The position numbers were made by a program, and so were the translations under genes. From an uncultured Bacteroidota bacterium (GTDB taxonomy: Bacteria > Bacteroidota > Ignavibacteria > Kryptoniales > JAKASW01), in the NCBI GenBank assembly GCA_964603995.1, contig CAZRXH010000001.1, forward strand, positions 1,975 to 65,974: a stretch of 64,000 nucleotides of DNA. Reading direction: 5' to 3'. Positions 15,936 to 25,751 of this stretch are shown in pieces (position 1 is the stretch's first letter; each line of letters opens with the position of its first letter). The notes under the pieces are model-generated. The model searched no databases. It saw only the letters and a program-made list of their open reading frames with translations, and had not been told where the DNA came from.

Positions 15936-16838
15936 TTACTCTTCACCTCTCGATCGAATTTCAAAATCCGGGTAGAGTTTCTTCGCACACTCCGGGCATA
16001 TGCCGTGACTAAACTGTGCCTGAGAGTGATCGTGAATATACGCTTCAAGCTGGTTCCAGTAACCCTTGTCGTCGCGAATTTTCTTGCATGATGAACATAT
16101 CGGCAGAAGTCCGCTCAGGGTCTTCACGTTGCTGAGCGCGTCCTTCAGTTCGATGATCAACTTGTCTTTCTCCACTTGTGCTCGCTCGCGTTCATCCATT
16201 TCAATTCTGATCTTCTCGTTGGCTTCCTGTATTTCGACGTTCTGCAGTCTCAGTCGATGCCTGAGATTCGAGACGAAGCTTCCGAAGAATGTGAACCATG
16301 CAAGTATTACTACGGTGAGAATATACTGGAACAGTTCCACCGACAACTGGAAATGCGGACGATTCCTGAAGAATTCAACCAGCAACACTGCGCCATAGTT
16401 GAACACGATGAAGAGGTCCACCTTAATGTGATCCCGCAAATTCAATCGGAGCATCCCGAAAGTAAATGAAAGCAGGATCAGTAATATGATCAATAGCCGG
16501 GCCCTCGGCATGAAGTAGAGGGGAATTACCCCGGACAGGACGCTATACATCATCTGAGCCAGGGTAAGACTTGGGTCTTTGAGTTTCAAATTACGATTGG
16601 ACTTAATGAGGAAGCCGAATGCCATGTTGCCGAGAAGAACGAATAGGAAGAATACAACAAAGGCTCCCGCCGGCATGGAATCGAGACCTACCAGATTGGC
16701 AACGTAGACTGCCAGGATGACGACGCCGTAAGCACCCAGCGCCATGTACCACCTTGTCAGCCTCGTAAGCTGGGCTTTTCTGACGTGGTCTGTGCCTACT
16801 TCTTCTGCTGCTATGTTTTCTGCCTGGCTTAGAGGCAT
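15936..16838 (-). CDS. polytopic membrane protein with coiled coil and C-terminal Cys-rich (CxxC...CxxC) module
   Basis: About 6 predicted TM helices, a coiled-coil segment, then LLPICSSCKKIRDDKGYWNQLEAYIHDHSQAQFSHGICPECAKKLYP. Confidence 0.7.
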   Translation of the reverse strand: MPLSQAENIAAEEVGTDHVRKAQLTRLTRWYMALGAYGVVILAVYVANLVGLDSMPAGAFVVFFLFVLLGNMAFGFLIKSNRNLKLKDPSLTLAQMMYSVLSGVIPLYFMPRARLLIILLILLSFTFGMLRLNLRDHIKVDLFIVFNYGAVLLVEFFRNRPHFQLSVELFQYILTVVILAWFTFFGSFVSNLRHRLRLQNVEIQEANEKIRIEMDERERAQVEKDKLIIELKDALSNVKTLSGLLPICSSCKKIRDDKGYWNQLEAYIHDHSQAQFSHGICPECAKKLYPDFEIRSRGEE

Positions 16839-17150
16839 CTCTTTCTCATCCTGGCAGAATCGTCATCTGCCTGAAACCATCCTTACCTAATTTTCCCTGT
16901 CATCAAACAAGGATAACATCTCACAAATAAGGGACATATTTATCGGACTCACCACCGGGCGCGCAAGGCGAGTCATAAGCCTCGACGGACCAAAGTGCTG
17001 AGAGGTTCTTGGCAATCATTTCCACGATTCTCCAGATTGCCGTGTAATCATCAGAGCGGCGCGTACATCCGCTATTCAATATGTCGGATGAATATCTTTT
17101 CGACTTGAATTTCGGGAGGCTCATGCCTCCCGCGAGAAGTCAGGTGAGAA

Positions 17151-18287
17151 CTACCTGAAAGACCGCACCGCACTTTTGACGATCCGCCACTTCTCGGAGG
17201 TCATGCTTTGAGCGGCAAAAAGCGAGACGCCGCTCGCGCCCCCAGCGCAGGAGACCCTGATCGCCTCCGCAACCTGTTCGGCGGTCAGTTGCCCTATGGC
17301 TATGCCGCTGTACACTGGCGCGCCGTAACGCTGGGCTTGCACTTCCTCTTTTGTTTTCTCCCCGATCCACTCGATGCCCTTGTTATAATAACCTGCATAA
17401 AGCATCGGCATCGCTCCGTCAAGTTTCCACTGTGACCACTCCTGCCGAACATCCTTCCAGTTTGGGAAGACCGCCGCAGTCATCAGCTTCTTCTGTTTGT
17501 GCGCAACAGGTATCAGGACGTCGTTGACGATGTGAGTTATCCTGTCGTAGCGGAACTGCCTCCATGCCTCGTCGGATGAAGGATCATCGAGTTTCATCGC
17601 GTCGATGCCCGTCAGCTTCCTGAAACTCTCACGGCACACGTCGCAGTAGCAGTAGTCGTATTGAGGATACTCGCGGTCCTGGACGATATGGTAGTGCGGC
17701 TGAAGGGCCGCTGGCAGTATTACATCCGGATAGCGGATGTAATCGAGATGGATCCCGTCGAGACCGTCGATTTGAGAAAGCTCCGAGACTGTTTCCCCCA
17801 CAAACTTCCACACTTCGGGACGCGACGGGCACAAAAACTTATAGTAGCTCACATAAGCTGGTTTCTCCACCACGGATTGGCCAAGACGGTTGACGACGAA
17901 CCATTCAGGATTTTTTTTGACGACCGACTCGACATTGCAGGGCATCGTCCACATCCACGCGTGGACTTCAAGTCCTGCCTCCTTCGCCATCGGGAGAATC
18001 GCCTCGAGCCACGGCTGTCCGACCGGCAGGTGACTGCTTCCGTAAAATGCCTGACGGCTATCGTAAATCTCGAGGAGGATGGCATCGACGCCGGCGTCCC
18101 GCATCGCAGCGAACCGCCCTTTCCACTCATCCACAGAAGTGCGTGTGTCGACTCCTACCCAGACCCACTGCTTGAATTTCTTCGGCTCTCTGCCGCGGGA
18201 CGGCAGCACCATTTCAGGGAGATATCTTCTCGCAGCCAGACTCAGCCCCGCCAAGCCGATTGTCCTGGCAAACTCCCTTCTATTCAT
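17151..18287 (-). CDS. glycoside hydrolase-like family 10 (GHL10/DUF187-type) protein with Tat signal
   Basis: Twin-arginine leader MNRREFARTIGLAGLSLAA. TIM-barrel-like motifs (EVHAWMW, GIHLDYIRYP) typical of GHL10. Confidence 0.75.
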   Translation of the reverse strand: MNRREFARTIGLAGLSLAARRYLPEMVLPSRGREPKKFKQWVWVGVDTRTSVDEWKGRFAAMRDAGVDAILLEIYDSRQAFYGSSHLPVGQPWLEAILPMAKEAGLEVHAWMWTMPCNVESVVKKNPEWFVVNRLGQSVVEKPAYVSYYKFLCPSRPEVWKFVGETVSELSQIDGLDGIHLDYIRYPDVILPAALQPHYHIVQDREYPQYDYCYCDVCRESFRKLTGIDAMKLDDPSSDEAWRQFRYDRITHIVNDVLIPVAHKQKKLMTAAVFPNWKDVRQEWSQWKLDGAMPMLYAGYYNKGIEWIGEKTKEEVQAQRYGAPVYSGIAIGQLTAEQVAEAIRVSCAGGASGVSLFAAQSMTSEKWRIVKSAVRSFR

Positions 18288-18312
18288 GAATTCTTTTCAA
18301 GATGACACACTC

Positions 18313-19104
18313 TCAATCCGTCCCTCTTTCTGCCTTCAGACGCTCATAAGCTTCTTCGGCAGCTGACTGTTCGGCCGCTTTCTTGGTCTTGCCGGAGCCC
18401 ATCCCGTAGTGTGTCTCGTTGACAAGGACTTCAACCGTGAATGTCCTATCATGGTCTGGTCCTTCTTCTTTTATAAGGTTATATCGGGGAGCACCGAGGC
18501 CCACCCCCTGAGCCAATTCAAGGAGTGCGCTCTTGAAGTTCCTGTCCAGCGCTTTGAACATCTCTCTGTCGATTCGAAATTCGGTGGGCATAACCTTGTC
18601 GATCACAAATCTCTTGGCGGCTTTGAGCCCATTGTCAAGGTAAATTGCCGCCACGACTGCTTCGAACGCGTCCGATATGATACTCTCATAGCCTCTCTCG
18701 ATGGTCTGCTGTGCGCTGTTACTCATCGACAGAAAACCGGACAGACTCACGGCAGTCGCTCTTTCCGCCAGCGCATGCTGGTTCACAAGCAGACTTCTGA
18801 GGCGTGTCAATTGCCCCTCGTCGAGTTCCGGGAATCGTTCGAAGAGTATCTCGGCCACGAGAAGATTCAACACCGCATCCCCCAGAAATTCCATCCGTTC
18901 GTTGGAATTCTTCCCGCCGTTCGAAGGTATCGAAAGGGCCGAACGGTGTGTCAGCGCTTCTGCGTAGTAACCTTCGTCTCCGATCTTCACCCCCAAGGCG
19001 CGTTCCAACTCGCTTTTCTTTTTTCCGATAGATCCTGTGGAAAGGACGCCGCGGCGCCGACTGATACGCCGGCCCAGGATCCGTTTCAGCGAGAAGTGCC
19101 TCAT
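18313..19104 (-). CDS. rnc: ribonuclease III
   Basis: Signature NERMEFLGDAVL, ALTHRS, and a C-terminal dsRBD (GPDHDRTFTVEVLV...GSGKTKKAAEQSAA). Confidence 0.9.
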   Translation of the reverse strand: MRHFSLKRILGRRISRRRGVLSTGSIGKKKSELERALGVKIGDEGYYAEALTHRSALSIPSNGGKNSNERMEFLGDAVLNLLVAEILFERFPELDEGQLTRLRSLLVNQHALAERATAVSLSGFLSMSNSAQQTIERGYESIISDAFEAVVAAIYLDNGLKAAKRFVIDKVMPTEFRIDREMFKALDRNFKSALLELAQGVGLGAPRYNLIKEEGPDHDRTFTVEVLVNETHYGMGSGKTKKAAEQSAAEEAYERLKAERGTD

Positions 19105-19350
19105 CGAGATTCCCTTGCCCTCGCCACACGCGGGATTCTCCAGGCGCCTCCGTGGTCCCTTACCTTGAGAGTGATCTCAAAACCTACACGGGTAACGGGA
19201 GATGAAATGGCGCCCTGGCTGCAGAAGGGTGAGAATGAGAGTGTGTGACTCATGGTTTCGTGCATACTCAAATAAGCATCCCCTCAAAGGGCTTGCGAGG
19301 TTTGAGCCGTGATCGACGGGAACTGCGCAACACGCGCAGGCTCTTCCCTG

Positions 19351-20601
19351 TTATTCTCTAAACTTCGTGAAAAGCAGACACGCGTTGTGTCCTCCGAAGC
19401 CAAACGTGTTGCTGATAGCGGCATTCACGGTTTTCTTTATCGGCTTGTTGGGGACATAGTTAAGATCGCATTCAGGATCCGGGAACTCATAATTAATCGT
19501 AGGAGGAATCGTGTCGTTCATGATTGCGAGAATTGTCGCCACTGCCTCGACGCTTCCGGCAGCACCTAGTTGGTGACCAGTCATGGATTTCGTCGAACTC
19601 ACATGGAGTCTATGAGCGTGCTCGCCGAAGACGGTTTTGATCGCTTCCGTCTCGTTCTTGTCATTGAAGGGTGTCGAAGTCCCGTGGGCGTTGATATAGT
19701 CGACATCTTCAGGTTTGAGTTGGGCGTCCTTCAGGGAAAGGCGCATTGCTCTGACGGCTCCTTCACCCCCGGGGGCAGGCTGGGTCAGGTGGTAGGCGTC
19801 CGCGGTGAGCCCGAATCCCCTCAGCTCCGCCAATATCTTCGCGCCGCGCTTAACCGCATGTTCGTAGCTCTCCAGGATGAGGATCCCTCCGCCTTCGCCC
19901 ATCACGAAGCCGTCGCGCTTCGCATCGAAAGGCCTGCTGGCGTGGAGTGGATCGTCGTTGCGTGTCGACAACGCTTTCATGGAATTGAAGCCGCCGATCC
20001 CCATCGGGCAAATCGCGGCTTCCGATCCACCGGTGATGACCATGTCTGCGTCTCCCCGCTCGATCAGCATTGCAGCATCGGCAATCGCGTGGCCTGAGGT
20101 TGCGCACGCCGACGTGGTCGCATAGTTTGGCCCTTTAATCTTGTATCGGATCGAGATATTGCCCGCGGCAATATCGGAAATCATCATCGGGATGAAGAAC
20201 GGGCTGATGTGGTCAGGGCCTCCGACTGTAAAAAGGTTCTCCTGCTGTCTCTGGTAAGTCCACATACCTCCGATCCCGCTTCCAACCACTACCCCGACGC
20301 GGTCTCTGTCGACCTTCTCGAAATCGACACCCGCATCTTCCACCGCCTGAGCGGCAGCGGCTATGGCAAACTGGGCGAACAGGTCCATGCGCTGCACGCT
20401 CTTTCTATCCAAGTATTTCAGCGGATCGAACCCCTTCACTTCGCAAGCGAACCTTGTGTCGAATTTCGAGACATCGAAATACGTGATCGGTCCTGCACCG
20501 CTCTTGCCTTCCATCATGGATTGCCAGAATTCACCTACATTGAGCCCAATCGGTGTCACAACTCCAAGGCCAGTCACTACGACGCGCTTTCCGCTTCTCA
20601 T
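19351..20601 (-). CDS. fabF: beta-ketoacyl-ACP synthase II
   Basis: KRVVVTGLGVVTP N-terminus, active-site Cys context (TTSACATSGHAI), HGTSTP, and GFGGHNA at the C-terminus. Confidence 0.95.
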   Translation of the reverse strand: MRSGKRVVVTGLGVVTPIGLNVGEFWQSMMEGKSGAGPITYFDVSKFDTRFACEVKGFDPLKYLDRKSVQRMDLFAQFAIAAAAQAVEDAGVDFEKVDRDRVGVVVGSGIGGMWTYQRQQENLFTVGGPDHISPFFIPMMISDIAAGNISIRYKIKGPNYATTSACATSGHAIADAAMLIERGDADMVITGGSEAAICPMGIGGFNSMKALSTRNDDPLHASRPFDAKRDGFVMGEGGGILILESYEHAVKRGAKILAELRGFGLTADAYHLTQPAPGGEGAVRAMRLSLKDAQLKPEDVDYINAHGTSTPFNDKNETEAIKTVFGEHAHRLHVSSTKSMTGHQLGAAGSVEAVATILAIMNDTIPPTINYEFPDPECDLNYVPNKPIKKTVNAAISNTFGFGGHNACLLFTKFRE

Positions 20602-20636
20602 ATTTCGCTTCCGCTATGGGTTCTCTTGAGCCGTTA

Positions 20637-20876
20637 TCAGCTTGCCTTTTGTTTGAGATAATTTATCGCATCTCCGACTGTACGGATTTTCTCCGCATCC
20701 TGGTCGGGAATCTGGATGTTGAAGGCTTTTTCAAATTCCATCACTAACTCGACAGTGTCAAGTGAATCTGCACCGAGATCATTCGTGAAAGAAGCTTCCG
20801 GCTTGATCTGTGATTCTTCAGCGCCGAGCTTGTTTACAATAATCTCTTTCACTTTCGCTTCGACATCTACTGCCAT
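20637..20876 (-). CDS. acpP: acyl carrier protein
   Basis: 79 aa with the [16 protein letters not shown] phosphopantetheine-attachment motif. Confidence 0.95.
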   Translation of the reverse strand: MAVDVEAKVKEIIVNKLGAEESQIKPEASFTNDLGADSLDTVELVMEFEKAFNIQIPDQDAEKIRTVGDAINYLKQKAS

Positions 20877-20900
20877 GGTATTTCCTCCATTTGTTTGATT

Positions 20901-21641
20901 TTAAACTGACATACCGCCATCTACCGAGATCACCTGACCCGTCATATAATCCGCATCAGGTGAGGCGAGAAAAAGCACCACTCTTGCCACCTCATTGGGT
21001 TTCGCAACTCGCTTCAATGGGATCGCATCAATAACCGCCCTTCGTTGTTCTTCTGTCAAAGCCGCGGTCATGTCCGTGTCAATATAACCAGGGGCAACAG
21101 CATTGACAAGTATGTTTCTGCTGGCAAGTTCCCTGGCAATCGACTTGGTGAAACCTACGATACCCGCTTTCGAGGCGGAGTAGTTCGACTGCCCGGCGTT
21201 ACCCTTCAGACCGACAACGGAGCTTAGGTTTATTATCTTCCCGCTCCGCTGTGCCATCATCGTGCGTGCGGCAGCCTTTGTGTAATTGAAAACACTCTTC
21301 AAATTTGTCTGTATAACCGAATCCCAATCGTCCTCACTCATCCGTAGAAGAAGATTGTCCCTGGTTATCCCGGCGTTGTTCACCAGAATATCGAGTCTCC
21401 CGAACTCCGCGACCACCTTCTCGACAACTTCAACGGCTGATTTGGTTGATGTCGCATCCGCTTCGAGGGGAAGGACTCTCCTCCCCATCGACTGTATTTC
21501 GGAAACGAGCGAGTCGACCAGTTGCGCCGAGCTTCTGTAAGTAAAAGCGATGTCCGCTCCGTTTTTCGCGAGCTCCAGAGTAATTGCCCTGCCGATTCCG
21601 CGGGCTCCGCCGGTTATAAGCGCTATTCTACCTTCCAGCAT
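20901..21641 (-). CDS. fabG: 3-oxoacyl-ACP reductase
   Basis: SDR pattern TGGARGIG, NNAG and YSASKAG, plus position in the fab cluster. Confidence 0.9.
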   Translation of the reverse strand: MLEGRIALITGGARGIGRAITLELAKNGADIAFTYRSSAQLVDSLVSEIQSMGRRVLPLEADATSTKSAVEVVEKVVAEFGRLDILVNNAGITRDNLLLRMSEDDWDSVIQTNLKSVFNYTKAAARTMMAQRSGKIINLSSVVGLKGNAGQSNYSASKAGIVGFTKSIARELASRNILVNAVAPGYIDTDMTAALTEEQRRAVIDAIPLKRVAKPNEVARVVLFLASPDADYMTGQVISVDGGMSV

Positions 21642-22266
21642 TTACCGAATCCTTTTGGTTTTCTTTCGAACTCTCTTCCATTCCTGGGTTCTGAAAACTC
21701 TTCCGGTAGTAGTCTAACACCTGTTTGTATTTCGCAGCACCCAACGCATGCTCCAGCTCGATGGAGCACAACTCAACCATCTTCTTCTCACTGACGGGGG
21801 TCGCCGTGCAACACGGGGAGTCGCCCGAGCAAAAGTCATCGTATTCGATAGCCCCATCGACTTTGACAATCGGGAACAGGACACAGTAGAACGGCTTGAG
21901 CGAGAACCTCGGCATTCCTTCTTCCCTCTCGGTGACCTGAAGCGTGCATCTTCCACTGCGGTCGAGGAAAACGCATCTGTCGTGGTACACTTCCGTGCTC
22001 ACGCAGACACCGGACGGAAAATCCTTGTCTTCCTCCTCTGCATTGTTGAACCACCTGCTTCTGTCTCTGGTCTGCGTTTCGTCAAAATATTTTTCGACGA
22101 TGTCAGCATGGGCAAGGATGCGGTCCCGCTCGACGGGATCAAGATAGACACCATGCCTGCAGCACCGCGAGGTACATGCGTTCGGACCGTTCTTGTCCTC
22201 AAAACCTTCGGTGAAGATTCTGAGTTCGAACTTCGTTCCGGCTATTTCTATTTCCTGATCACTCAT
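21628..22266 (-). CDS. Cys-rich putative metal-binding protein (YkgJ/UPF0153/DUF3109-like)
   Basis: Motifs CTSRCCRHG, CVFLDRSGRCTLQ and KPFYCVLFP. 4-bp overlap with the fabD stop and 14-nt overlap with the fabG start. Confidence 0.7.
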   Translation of the reverse strand: MSDQEIEIAGTKFELRIFTEGFEDKNGPNACTSRCCRHGVYLDPVERDRILAHADIVEKYFDETQTRDRSRWFNNAEEEDKDFPSGVCVSTEVYHDRCVFLDRSGRCTLQVTEREEGMPRFSLKPFYCVLFPIVKVDGAIEYDDFCSGDSPCCTATPVSEKKMVELCSIELEHALGAAKYKQVLDYYRKSFQNPGMEESSKENQKDSVNAGR

Positions 22267-23207
22267 TTTGCAGGTATACCCGTTTCGTCCACTTTGTCTA
22301 TTCCGACGACTACGCCGCCGGAGATTATGCGTTTTACGAGTCCCTGCAAAACCTTGCCTGGACCGATTTCAACGAATTTCATTATTCTGTCCGCCGACAT
22401 GTTTGTGACCGATTCCTGCCATCTCACAGGACTGGTCAGTTGCATGACAAGTGCGCTCCGGATCTCACCAGCGAACCTTACGGGTCTCGCAGTGGCATTT
22501 GCGTATACTGGTATCGACGCGTCCCGGATCGGCGCCGCATCGATGGCTTTCTTCAACTCTTCCTTCGCCGCCTCCATGAGCGGCGAGTGAAATGCTCCGC
22601 TAACGACAAGCTCTTTCACAATTTTCGCTCCGCTCCGCTTCGCGAGCTCCATCGCTTTCCTGACGGCTGCGACATCGCCGGAGATCACGATCTGCCCGGG
22701 TGAATTGTAATTCGCCGGCTGGGCAACGCCGTCCACAGATGCTTCCCGGCAAGCCTCTTCCACCTGCTTTTCATCGAGACCGACGACTGCCGCCATCGTT
22801 CCCGGCCTCGCACTGCCGGCATTCTGCATAAGCCTGCCCCGCAGACCGACGAGCATCAGCGCATGTTCGAAATCCAAAGCGCCTGCGGCAAAAAGCGCAG
22901 AGTACTCTCCGAGAGAATGCCCCGCAGCAGCACTGAAGCTTCCGTCCTTGGCGGACAGGCTGAATACGACGGCGCTGTGCAGAAAAATTGCCGGCTGCGT
23001 GACTGAGGTCTGACGAAGCTCATCTTCCGGTCCCTCGAAGCACACTTTCGCAATGTCCAGCCCGAGTATCTCACTTGCCCGGTTGAACATCTTCCTTGTT
23101 TCCGGATTGGAATCGTACCAATCTTTTGCCATTCCGACGTATTGCGATCCCTGTCCGGGAAAGATATAGGCTGTCTTCAACAGACCGCTCTTCTCTTCGA
23201 TTGACAT
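22263..23207 (-). CDS. fabD: malonyl-CoA:ACP transacylase
   Basis: FPGQGSQ and GHSLGEYSAL motifs. Confidence 0.95.
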   Translation of the reverse strand: MSIEEKSGLLKTAYIFPGQGSQYVGMAKDWYDSNPETRKMFNRASEILGLDIAKVCFEGPEDELRQTSVTQPAIFLHSAVVFSLSAKDGSFSAAAGHSLGEYSALFAAGALDFEHALMLVGLRGRLMQNAGSARPGTMAAVVGLDEKQVEEACREASVDGVAQPANYNSPGQIVISGDVAAVRKAMELAKRSGAKIVKELVVSGAFHSPLMEAAKEELKKAIDAAPIRDASIPVYANATARPVRFAGEIRSALVMQLTSPVRWQESVTNMSADRIMKFVEIGPGKVLQGLVKRIISGGVVVGIDKVDETGIPAK

Positions 23208-23427
23208 GTTAGTTACTTAAACGCATCCTTCATGCTCAAACAAAAGTAAATCCTGAATTCCAAACTCTAAACAAGTACGAAATTCGAAAAGCCAAAGGGG
23301 CATGACTGTATCTCGGTAGACACCTGAATCCCGGAAGTGTTTCGAGCCTTATAATTTGAATTTTGGTCATTGTTTAGAATTTCGAGTTTAGTATTTAGAA
23401 TTTCTTTTCGGGAGCGCACGAAACCTC

Positions 23428-24429
23428 TCAACCTTGCTTATCGAACGCCCACTTCACCAGAATTGCCCCCCACGTGTATCCGGCGCCAAATGCCGACAGC
23501 ACGAGATTGTGTCCTTTCTTCAACTGTCCGCTTGAGAAATACTCAGAGAGACAAAGCGGGATCGTGGCCGCGGTCGTGTTGCCGTACCTGTCGATATTCA
23601 GCATCACCTTCGAGCTGTCGAGTTCCATCCTGTGCCCGGTGGCATCGATGATCCGCTTGTTAGCCTGGTGTGGCACAAGCCAGTCGACGTCTTTCCCGGT
23701 GAGGTTATTCCTCTCCATAATCTCATAAGAGACGTCGGCCATCCCGACGACGGCGACTTTGAAAACGGTCTTGCCGTCCTGATAGAGATAGTGCATCTTT
23801 CGATCAACGGTCTCATGAGTCGTGGGGTTCAGGCTGCCGCCGCCGAGCATATTGAGATAGGGCCCGCCCGCACCATCACAATGCACAATGTAATCGAGTA
23901 TCCCGTATTCACTGCCTTCACCTGCTTCGAGGAGAACGGCGGCCCCGGCATCGCCGAAGAGTATGCAGTTTGACCGGTCAGTGTAATCGGTAATGGAGGA
24001 CATCTTGTCCGCCCCCACCACTACGACTTTCTTGTATGCCCCCGTCATCACAAACTGAGACCCGGTCACGAGCGCAAACACAAATCCCGAACAGGCAGCA
24101 GAGAGGTCGAATCCCCACGCCTTCTTCGCGCCGATCTTCTCCTGGACAACACATGCGGTTGAGGGGAAGAACATATCCGGAGTGACTGTCGCGACTATAA
24201 TGAGATCGATCTCATCTACTGACATGTTTTTCTTCTGCAAAAGATCACTGATAGCTCCGGCCGCGAGGTCGCTCGTCGCCCCCTTCCTCAAGATTCTCCT
24301 CTCGACGATTCCCGTCCTTGTCCTGATCCATTCGTCGGTTGTGTCGACCATCTTCTCAAGGTCGGCATTGGTCAGCCTTTCTTCAGGCACATAATGACCA
24401 ACGCCGGTTATCACTGCGCGCTTTGGCAT
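23428..24429 (-). CDS. fabH: beta-ketoacyl-ACP synthase III
   Basis: ITGVGHYVPE N-terminus, active-site AACSGF, and a C-terminal GAGYTWG pattern. Confidence 0.95.
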   Translation of the reverse strand: MPKRAVITGVGHYVPEERLTNADLEKMVDTTDEWIRTRTGIVERRILRKGATSDLAAGAISDLLQKKNMSVDEIDLIIVATVTPDMFFPSTACVVQEKIGAKKAWGFDLSAACSGFVFALVTGSQFVMTGAYKKVVVVGADKMSSITDYTDRSNCILFGDAGAAVLLEAGEGSEYGILDYIVHCDGAGGPYLNMLGGGSLNPTTHETVDRKMHYLYQDGKTVFKVAVVGMADVSYEIMERNNLTGKDVDWLVPHQANKRIIDATGHRMELDSSKVMLNIDRYGNTTAATIPLCLSEYFSSGQLKKGHNLVLSAFGAGYTWGAILVKWAFDKQG

Positions 24430-24432
24430 CGA

Positions 24433-25443
24433 CTAAGCCTTGTTTTCGATTTTTGAGATTGAGTTTTCTATGAGGCTGCTTATGTTGTGATTGACCATCT
24501 CTTCCGCCCGCAGGACCATGTTCTTAACAGCAAGTACAGACGAACTCCCGTGGCCAATTATCGAGACGCCATTGACACCGAGGAGCGGTGCCCCTCCCTG
24601 GACCTCGTAGCTGAAACCCTTCAGTACTTTTCTAAGCGTCTTAGCCATCAATCCCGCCCACACCGTCTTGAATGGATTGCCCGACGCGTATAACCTGAAC
24701 CTTGTCCTCAAAGTCGGGAGAATGCTCTCCGCAAACTTCAGGACTATGTTGCCGACAAATCCATCGCATAGGACGACATCGGCCTTCCCGGCGAAGATGT
24801 CTCTGCCCTCTATGTTGCCGACAAAATTCAGCCCACTCTTCTCGAGAAGAGGATAGGAAGCCTGGGCAAGCTCGTTTCCCTTGGAGCTCTCCTCACCGAT
24901 GTTCAGCAGGCCAACGGTCGGATTGTCCTTCTTCATGATTTCCCTGGCATATATCGAGCCCATCACGCCGAATTCCAGAATGTGCTGCGGCCGGCTATCG
25001 GAGTTCGCACCGGAATCTATGAGGAAACAGACGTCCTTGATGGTTGGAATCGGCGTACCAACCGCAGGTCTACCGACCCCTTTTGCGCGGCCAAGTATCA
25101 GGGTCGACGCCGCCATGAACGCACCGGTGTTGCCTGCGCTGACGAAAGCATCGACCTTTTTATCCCTGTGCAGATTGGCGCCGACAACGATTGACGAGTC
25201 GCGCTTCTGCTTCAAAGCGGTATTGGGGGTCTCGTGCATCTCTATGACTTCGCTGGCGTGGACGACAGAATAGTTCAGACCCGCAGCGGAGTGTTCTGAA
25301 AGCTCTCTCTCGATTTCCTCTTTTCGCCCAACGAGCACCAGCTCGAACCGGTTGCTGGACTCCCTCAGAGCCTGCAGTCCTCCTTCGACGATTTTGAGCG
25401 GGGCCTCATCGCCGCCCATCGCGTCTAGTGCTATTCGCATCAA
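24433..25443 (-). CDS. plsX: phosphate acyltransferase PlsX
   Basis: MRIALDAMGGDEAP N-terminus and position between rpmF and fabH. Confidence 0.95.
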   Translation of the reverse strand: MMRIALDAMGGDEAPLKIVEGGLQALRESSNRFELVLVGRKEEIERELSEHSAAGLNYSVVHASEVIEMHETPNTALKQKRDSSIVVGANLHRDKKVDAFVSAGNTGAFMAASTLILGRAKGVGRPAVGTPIPTIKDVCFLIDSGANSDSRPQHILEFGVMGSIYAREIMKKDNPTVGLLNIGEESSKGNELAQASYPLLEKSGLNFVGNIEGRDIFAGKADVVLCDGFVGNIVLKFAESILPTLRTRFRLYASGNPFKTVWAGLMAKTLRKVLKGFSYEVQGGAPLLGVNGVSIIGHGSSSVLAVKNMVLRAEEMVNHNISSLIENSISKIENKA

Positions 25444-25510
25444 TGAAATTCTAAATGCTAAATTTTAAATTCTGAATTGAAAATTGAGAACCCAAAATTC
25501 TTAATTCGGG

Positions 25511-25693
25511 CTACGCGCCCTTGGGGATGAAGGCCACTCTTCCGCTATAGTAACCGCAGTTCGGGCAAGCGCGGTGCGGAAGCTTCGGTTCGTGACAATG
25601 CGGACACTCCGAGACAGTCGGAGCCGTCGCTTTATAATGCGTACGTCTTTTCGCTCCTCTCGATTTCGAGTGTCGTCTTTTGGGATTTGGCAT
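25511..25693 (-). CDS. rpmF: 50S ribosomal protein L32
   Basis: MPNPKRRHSKSRGAKRR plus a CxxC...CxxC zinc ribbon. Confidence 0.95.
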   Translation of the reverse strand: MPNPKRRHSKSRGAKRRTHYKATAPTVSECPHCHEPKLPHRACPNCGYYSGRVAFIPKGA

Positions 25694-25751
25694 ATATGCT
25701 CCTTAATCCTGATTTTTGTTCGTAATCTTTTTCATTTCTGTCCATCGCCGC

